Of a stretch of 64,000 nucleotides of DNA, positions 59,261 to 64,000 are shown piece after piece. Source of the stretch: an uncultured Bacteroidota bacterium (GTDB lineage: Bacteria; Bacteroidota; Bacteroidia; JABEUT01); contig CAIPDV010000042.1 of assembly GCA_903863935.1 (NCBI GenBank), positions 68,869-132,868 on the forward strand, given 5' to 3'. The translations under genes were made by a program, and so were the position numbers. The notes under the pieces are model-generated. The model made no database searches. It worked only from the letters and a program-made list of their open reading frames with translations, and had not been told where the DNA came from. The number at the start of each line of letters is the position of its first letter. Positions within the stretch are counted from its first letter, which is position 1.

Positions 59261-59938
59261 ATGCTTATCCGCAAGTACGGAATCACCCTTAAAAGACTCA
59301 AGGAAGAGGATATTGAACTTGTGCGTGAAATGCGTAATTCTACTGTTATTTCAAGAACCATGGCTTATCGGGAACACATTACTCCTGAAATGCAGAAAAA
59401 GTGGTTTGAATCCATCAATAATAAATACAACGGATACTTTATAATTGTTTATGAGGGGAAAAAAATAGGCCTGATAAACGGCAAAAATATTGACTTTGAA
59501 AAAAGATGCTGTGAAGGCGGGATTTTTATCTGGGATGAACATTATAAAAACACAATTGTTCCCGGGCTGGCTTCCATAATCATGAACGATTGGACCTTCC
59601 TCATCATTAATTTTAATGTCATTTATGCGAAGGTTCTTCAAGAAAATGGCAATGCACTCACATATGACAAACTGATGGGATACGAGCCATGCCAGCCTCT
59701 GACAGATGAAAAAGGGGTGCAATGGCTAAAACTTACAAAGGAAAATTATTTACGAAAAGTGAAATTACTGCGAAAAAGTTTCCTGCAAAACTTTGGTGGG
59801 GTTGAACCATTGACACCCCTCGATGTTGATGCATCAGATGATTTGGGTAAAGAAATTAACCTCTTCTATACAGGACTCCCAACCGATATTCAGGAAAAAG
59901 CAGATGAGTTGCTGGAAAGAGCAAGAAGTAAGTCATAA
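59261..59938 (+). CDS. GNAT-family (RimL-like) N-acyltransferase
   Basis: N-terminal ITLKRLKEEDIELV is typical of RimJ/RimL-type GNATs. 225 aa. Confidence 0.4.
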   Translation: MLIRKYGITLKRLKEEDIELVREMRNSTVISRTMAYREHITPEMQKKWFESINNKYNGYFIIVYEGKKIGLINGKNIDFEKRCCEGGIFIWDEHYKNTIVPGLASIIMNDWTFLIINFNVIYAKVLQENGNALTYDKLMGYEPCQPLTDEKGVQWLKLTKENYLRKVKLLRKSFLQNFGGVEPLTPLDVDASDDLGKEINLFYTGLPTDIQEKADELLERARSKS

Positions 59939-60021
59939 TTCCTAAATATTCTTAATTCTTCCCTTCTACTTCTTAATTTTTGTGTCTTATTACTACATTT
60001 GCAGTTTAACCACAAGCGGAT

Positions 60022-62118
60022 ATGCCCCAGACCATGACAGCTAAAAGTGAATCGGTTGGTTCTGTACCTGTAAATTCTGTAATCAGAGCATTTGAACTCA
60101 TGTGCACGGCCAAGGCTATGACTGAGATATTTGAAAAGAATGCTGCTGTTACAAGTAAATATGTTCATGCCACTTCCCGCGGACATGAAGCCATACAAAT
60201 TGCATTGGGCTTGCAACTGAAGCCACAGGATTACCTAAGTGCTTATTATCGCGATGACAGTATTCTTCTTTCAATTGGAATGACACCATATGAGCTTATG
60301 CTTCAATTAATGGCAAAAGCTGATGACCCATTCTCCGGTGGAAGAACCTACTATTGCCACCCAAGTTTGCGAAGGGATAATATGCCTAAAATTCCGCACC
60401 AGTCCTCGGCGACAGGAATGCAGGCCATACCCACAACAGGTATAGCCATGGGAATTCAATACCAGGAAAAAAGAGGACTGCTTCCTTCCTATGAAGATGG
60501 AAAACCAATCGTAGTTTGTTCGTTGGGAGACGGCTCTGTTACCGAAGGTGAAGTAGCAGAAGCTTTTCAGATGGCGGTTTTGAAAAAACTGCCGATATTA
60601 TATTTAGTGCAGGATAACGATTGGGATATTTCAGCAACCGGCAAAGAAACCCGTGCCATGGATGCAGTGGAGTATGCAAAAGGGTTCAAAGGGCTGGAAA
60701 CACGCAGCATAGATGGCACCGACTTTATGCGCAGCTATCAAACCTTGCGCGAGGTTATCCATACCATTCGTGAAGAACGCAGACCGTTTTTAGTTCATGC
60801 AAAAGTGCCATTGCTTAACCACCACACCTCAGGTGTACGTAAAGAATGGTACCGGGCAGATCTGGAAGAAGCAGCAAAACGCGATCCATATCCGCGACTA
60901 AGAAGCCAGCTTTTAATTGCAGGCTTCACACAGGATAAGATAAAACAAATTGAAGCAAAAGAAACCGCCGCAGTTGCAGAAGCTTACGAAATGGCCCTTA
61001 AAGCTGCCGATCCAAAACCGGAAGATCTGTTCAAACATGACTTTGCACCAACCCCAGTTACAGAAGAAAAAGGAGTACGTGAACCTGAAGGCGGAGAAAA
61101 AAAGGTAATGGTTGATTGTGCTCTTTTTGCTATAAGGGAATTGATGGAAAAACATCCGGAGTGCTTATTTTATGGCCAGGATGTTGGAGGACGCCTTGGT
61201 GGCGTATTCCGCGAGGCAGCTACCTTGGCCCAGCAATTTGGTGACGACAGGGTATTTAATACGCCTATACAGGAAGCATTTATTGTCGGTAGTACAGTAG
61301 GTATGTCGGCTACTGGCTGCAAACCCATTGTGGAAATTCAATTTGCCGATTATATATGGCCCGGACTTAACCAGTTATTTACAGAAGTAAGCCGCTCCTG
61401 TTATCTGACAAACGGAAAATGGCCCGTGAGTTGTATTATCCGTGTACCCATTGGTGCGTACGGCAGCGGCGGACCATATCACTCTTCAAGTGTAGAGTCT
61501 GTATTAACCAATATCCGGGGAATTAAAATTGCTTATCCTTCAACGGGAGCTGACTTAAAAGGCTTGCTGAAATCCGCCTACTATGACCCGAATCCGGTAG
61601 TGATGCTGGAACACAAAGGTCTTTATTGGTCGAAGATAAAGGGAACTGAAGATGCAAAAACGGTAGAACCGGATGCCGATTATATTATTCCATTTGGGAA
61701 AGGCCGAATCGTTCAAAGTGCTGAGGCGTCACAAACCCTTAAAGGGGCTTCCACTGTAACTGTAATCACCTATGGTATGGGAGTTTATTGGGCACAAAAT
61801 GCTGCTAAAAACTTCCCGGATAAAGTAGAGATCATTGATCTGCGAACACTATATCCATTGGATGAAGAACTGATTTTTTCTTCTGTAAAAAAACACAGCC
61901 GTTGCATCGTACTTACGGAAGAACCTGTTAACAATGGCTTTGCACAATCCATTGCTTCACGCATACAGCAAAATTGTTTTGAATATTTGGATGCTCCGGT
62001 TACCGTAATTGGTTCTGAAAATATGCCGGCAGTTCCACTTAATACAATTTTAGAACAAACCATGTTACCTAATGCCGGCAAGGTTTCTGTAGCCATTGAA
62101 AAAATTTTAGCCTACTAA
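60022..62118 (+). CDS. 2-oxoacid (branched-chain alpha-keto acid) dehydrogenase E1 component, fused alpha/beta subunits
   Basis: 698 aa. ThDP-binding GDGSVTEGE...NDWDIS in the N-terminal half and a transketolase-like beta domain in the C-terminal half. Confidence 0.8.
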   Translation: MPQTMTAKSESVGSVPVNSVIRAFELMCTAKAMTEIFEKNAAVTSKYVHATSRGHEAIQIALGLQLKPQDYLSAYYRDDSILLSIGMTPYELMLQLMAKADDPFSGGRTYYCHPSLRRDNMPKIPHQSSATGMQAIPTTGIAMGIQYQEKRGLLPSYEDGKPIVVCSLGDGSVTEGEVAEAFQMAVLKKLPILYLVQDNDWDISATGKETRAMDAVEYAKGFKGLETRSIDGTDFMRSYQTLREVIHTIREERRPFLVHAKVPLLNHHTSGVRKEWYRADLEEAAKRDPYPRLRSQLLIAGFTQDKIKQIEAKETAAVAEAYEMALKAADPKPEDLFKHDFAPTPVTEEKGVREPEGGEKKVMVDCALFAIRELMEKHPECLFYGQDVGGRLGGVFREAATLAQQFGDDRVFNTPIQEAFIVGSTVGMSATGCKPIVEIQFADYIWPGLNQLFTEVSRSCYLTNGKWPVSCIIRVPIGAYGSGGPYHSSSVESVLTNIRGIKIAYPSTGADLKGLLKSAYYDPNPVVMLEHKGLYWSKIKGTEDAKTVEPDADYIIPFGKGRIVQSAEASQTLKGASTVTVITYGMGVYWAQNAAKNFPDKVEIIDLRTLYPLDEELIFSSVKKHSRCIVLTEEPVNNGFAQSIASRIQQNCFEYLDAPVTVIGSENMPAVPLNTILEQTMLPNAGKVSVAIEKILAY

Positions 62119-62130
62119 ATAAACCGACCT

Positions 62131-62694
62131 ATGAAATACGCTTCTTTATCGTTATTCCTGCTTTCATTATTTGTAATGCTGCAAAGCACATCCTGCAAGT
62201 TTGGAAATAAATTCCCGAAAGAAACAAGGACACTTGATAGCTTGCAAATACTAGTTATTAAAGCTGACTCAGCAGTTAAATTAATTGATTCGGCTAAAAT
62301 CACCGGGTATGCAACTATTGTAATGAACGACAACCAATTGATTCAAATGGCGCATTTGGACAGTATGAGCCCTTCATCAGCAGATATTTTCAGACAATTT
62401 AACAAGGTTCGGTGGGACTTATTGACTGTTGCAGGCAAAAGAGGCCCACTGCTAATCGAACTCAGAAAATCGCAAAAACAATTAGACCACCTTAGCCATG
62501 ATATAACCAATAACCTTGTGGCAAAAGATAGTGTGCCTATATATGTTGGATTTGAAAGCAAAAAAGCTTCGGAACTGGTGCAGGTTTCAAATATCTCAGT
62601 TGCAGAGGTAAATCAGGAAATTCCTAAATTTACAATGCTTGCCCCGAAAGCCGATTCGCTTATGACCCTTATTAAGGAGCATAAAAAGATTTAA
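62131..62694 (+). CDS. Hypothetical lipoprotein (187 aa)
   Basis: Lipobox-like LQSTSC after a hydrophobic N-terminus. Confidence 0.4.
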   Translation: MKYASLSLFLLSLFVMLQSTSCKFGNKFPKETRTLDSLQILVIKADSAVKLIDSAKITGYATIVMNDNQLIQMAHLDSMSPSSADIFRQFNKVRWDLLTVAGKRGPLLIELRKSQKQLDHLSHDITNNLVAKDSVPIYVGFESKKASELVQVSNISVAEVNQEIPKFTMLAPKADSLMTLIKEHKKI

Positions 62695-62706
62695 TCTTTT
62701 CCGCAA

Positions 62707-64000
62707 TATGAAGAAGCTCATTTTATTTTTTTGCCTGATTTGCTTCTTCGGGCAGGGTTATTCGCAAAACACCGATGACCAGCTTGCCTTTCAGTTCTTC
62801 CAAAACAAGGAATACGATAAGGCACTTTCTTTTTACGAAAGGATATACAACCGTAATCCAACCTACGAGAATTTTAATTTCTACTTGGTGTGCATGGTGC
62901 AAACCAAAGATTATAAAGATGCCGAAAAACTTATTAAGAAGGAAATAAAACATGAACCGGGTAACAGCATATTATATGTTGATCTCGGAAGCCTATATAA
63001 ACTTGAAGGTGATGAAAAACAAAGCAAGGATAACTATAATAAAGCCATAAAGAAGTTAACTGCTGACCGGGATAAGATTCTCGACCTTGGCAAAGCTTTT
63101 ATGGATCTGAAGGAATATGATAATGCCCTTGAAGTGTATAAGCAGGGTAAAAATATGTTGGGTGACGGATATCCATTCGTCGCTGAAATAGGTGCGGTTT
63201 ATAAGGCACAAGGAAATACCGTTGCCATGATAGACTCCTACTTCGAAACGCTTGCTATTTCGCCTTCCTACGTGCAATTTGTTCAGGATGCGCTGCAGTT
63301 GAGTGTGGGGGCTTATGCCGATGATGCCCAAAACACATTAGTGAAAAATGAATTACTAAAATACATTCAGCGTTACCCGGAAAAGCAGGTCTTCGCCGAA
63401 TTATTAACATGGATGCTTATACAGTTAAAGGATTATCAAAATGCTTTAGTGCAAGTTAAGGCATTAGACAGAAGAAAAAATGAAGGCGGATGGAGGCTCA
63501 TGAGTTTTGCCACAACCTGCGTTAATGCCGGTGCTTACGATCCCGCTATACAAGCTTACCAATATATAATTGACCGTGGCCCTAAAGGTGATAACTACAC
63601 TGAAGCAAAAATGAAACAATTAACTGTGATGTATCAGAAATTGGTTGGTGGCGGGGCCTGCACACAAACAGAACTGACCAACCTTGAAGACAAATACAAA
63701 CAAACTTTAAATGAATTAAACAAGACGGCTGGAAGTATTTCCATCATGCAGCAACTTGCCCATTTGCAGGGGTTCTATCTGCATCATGATTCGGCTGCCA
63801 TGGCATTGATGCAGGAAGCGGTTGCACTTCCGGGCGTTACACCTATGGCTCAGGCGCGTTGCCAAATGGAACTTGCCGATCTCATGCTCGCTTCCGGATT
63901 AACCTGGGATGCATCGCTGTTATATAGTAAGGTAGAACAGGATTTCAAAGAAGAACCTATTGGTGATGAAGCCAAATTCAGGAATGCGAAGATCTATTAT
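62707..64000 (+). CDS. TPR-repeat protein, 3'-truncated by the window edge
   Basis: An ATG at 62707 opens a frame that stays uninterrupted to the window end. Signal peptide MKKLILFFCLICFFGQGYSQ followed by TPR-like repeats. It is absent from the ORF track because it has no stop within the window. Confidence 0.55.

Noticed and set aside
55249-59938. FabH-ACP-FabH-reductase-GT2 operon read as a flexirubin, aryl-polyene or dialkylresorcinol cluster
   Set aside because: There is no FabZ/FabA-type dehydratase, thioesterase, ammonia-lyase, DarA-like aromatase, or LolA/MMPL export genes. Those are hallmarks of APE and flexirubin loci.
40602-62118. The sulfotransferase island read as a mobile genomic island
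   Set aside because: No integrase, transposase, IS ends, flanking direct repeats or tRNA junction are visible within the window. Horizontal origin is possible, given the AT-rich paralog-rich content, but no mobility machinery can be shown.

Overview
This reads as a low-GC (~38% by eye) Bacteroidota chromosome segment. Evidence for the phylum: T9SS type-A and type-B C-terminal sorting domains, SprB, SBBP and NHL repeat giant proteins, no Shine-Dalgarno sequences, and TAnnTTTG-like -7 boxes. Housekeeping genes (eno, gltA, mnmE, tsaD, valS, cdsA, PyrR-like, tRNA-Lys, a BCKDH E1 alpha/beta fusion) are interleaved with four accessory blocks. (1) Positions 0.4-7.1 kb hold a sulfur-compound operon on the minus strand, with a divergent pair of genes on the plus strand. 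The minus-strand operon encodes a diheme cytochrome c, a TauE/SafE exporter, a split YeeE/YedE transporter and a Tat-exported SoxB/5'-nucleotidase-family metallophosphoesterase. The plus-strand pair encodes a thioredoxin-fold lipoprotein and a cytochrome c fused to a Cu-monooxygenase-like domain. (2) Positions 7.3-15.2 kb encode two giant T9SS cargo proteins. (3) Positions 15.3-17.9 kb hold a small cassette next to tRNA-Lys that encodes a membrane-anchored protein with an N-terminal RNxxxH (HEPN-like) domain, one TM helix, a poly-proline linker and a Ser/Thr-rich outer domain, plus a small secreted protein. (4) Positions 40.6-60 kb form a tailoring island of about 20 kb, which I judge the most novel part of the window. 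It carries five paralogous PAPS-type sulfotransferases and two acyltransferase-3 paralogs. It carries an MBOAT (AlgI-like) gene with a DltD/AlgX-like partner. It carries three Fe/2OG-type hydroxylases, one LpxO-like and two tandem JmjC/cupin. It carries two GT2 genes. It also carries a FabH-ACP-FabH-FabG-like-GT2-GNAT operon. Together these are consistent with synthesis of a multiply sulfated, hydroxylated, O-acylated acyl-glycoconjugate that I cannot match to a described pathway. Other notable points are an array of six copies of TGTTTTACAC in the mnmE upstream intergenic region, a BNR-repeat gene interrupted by an in-frame TGA directly after its signal peptide, and a GC-rich ORF-free stretch with hairpins and mini-repeats beside tRNA-Lys. 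All calls are from reading the ORF translations and the sequence itself; no database searches were run.
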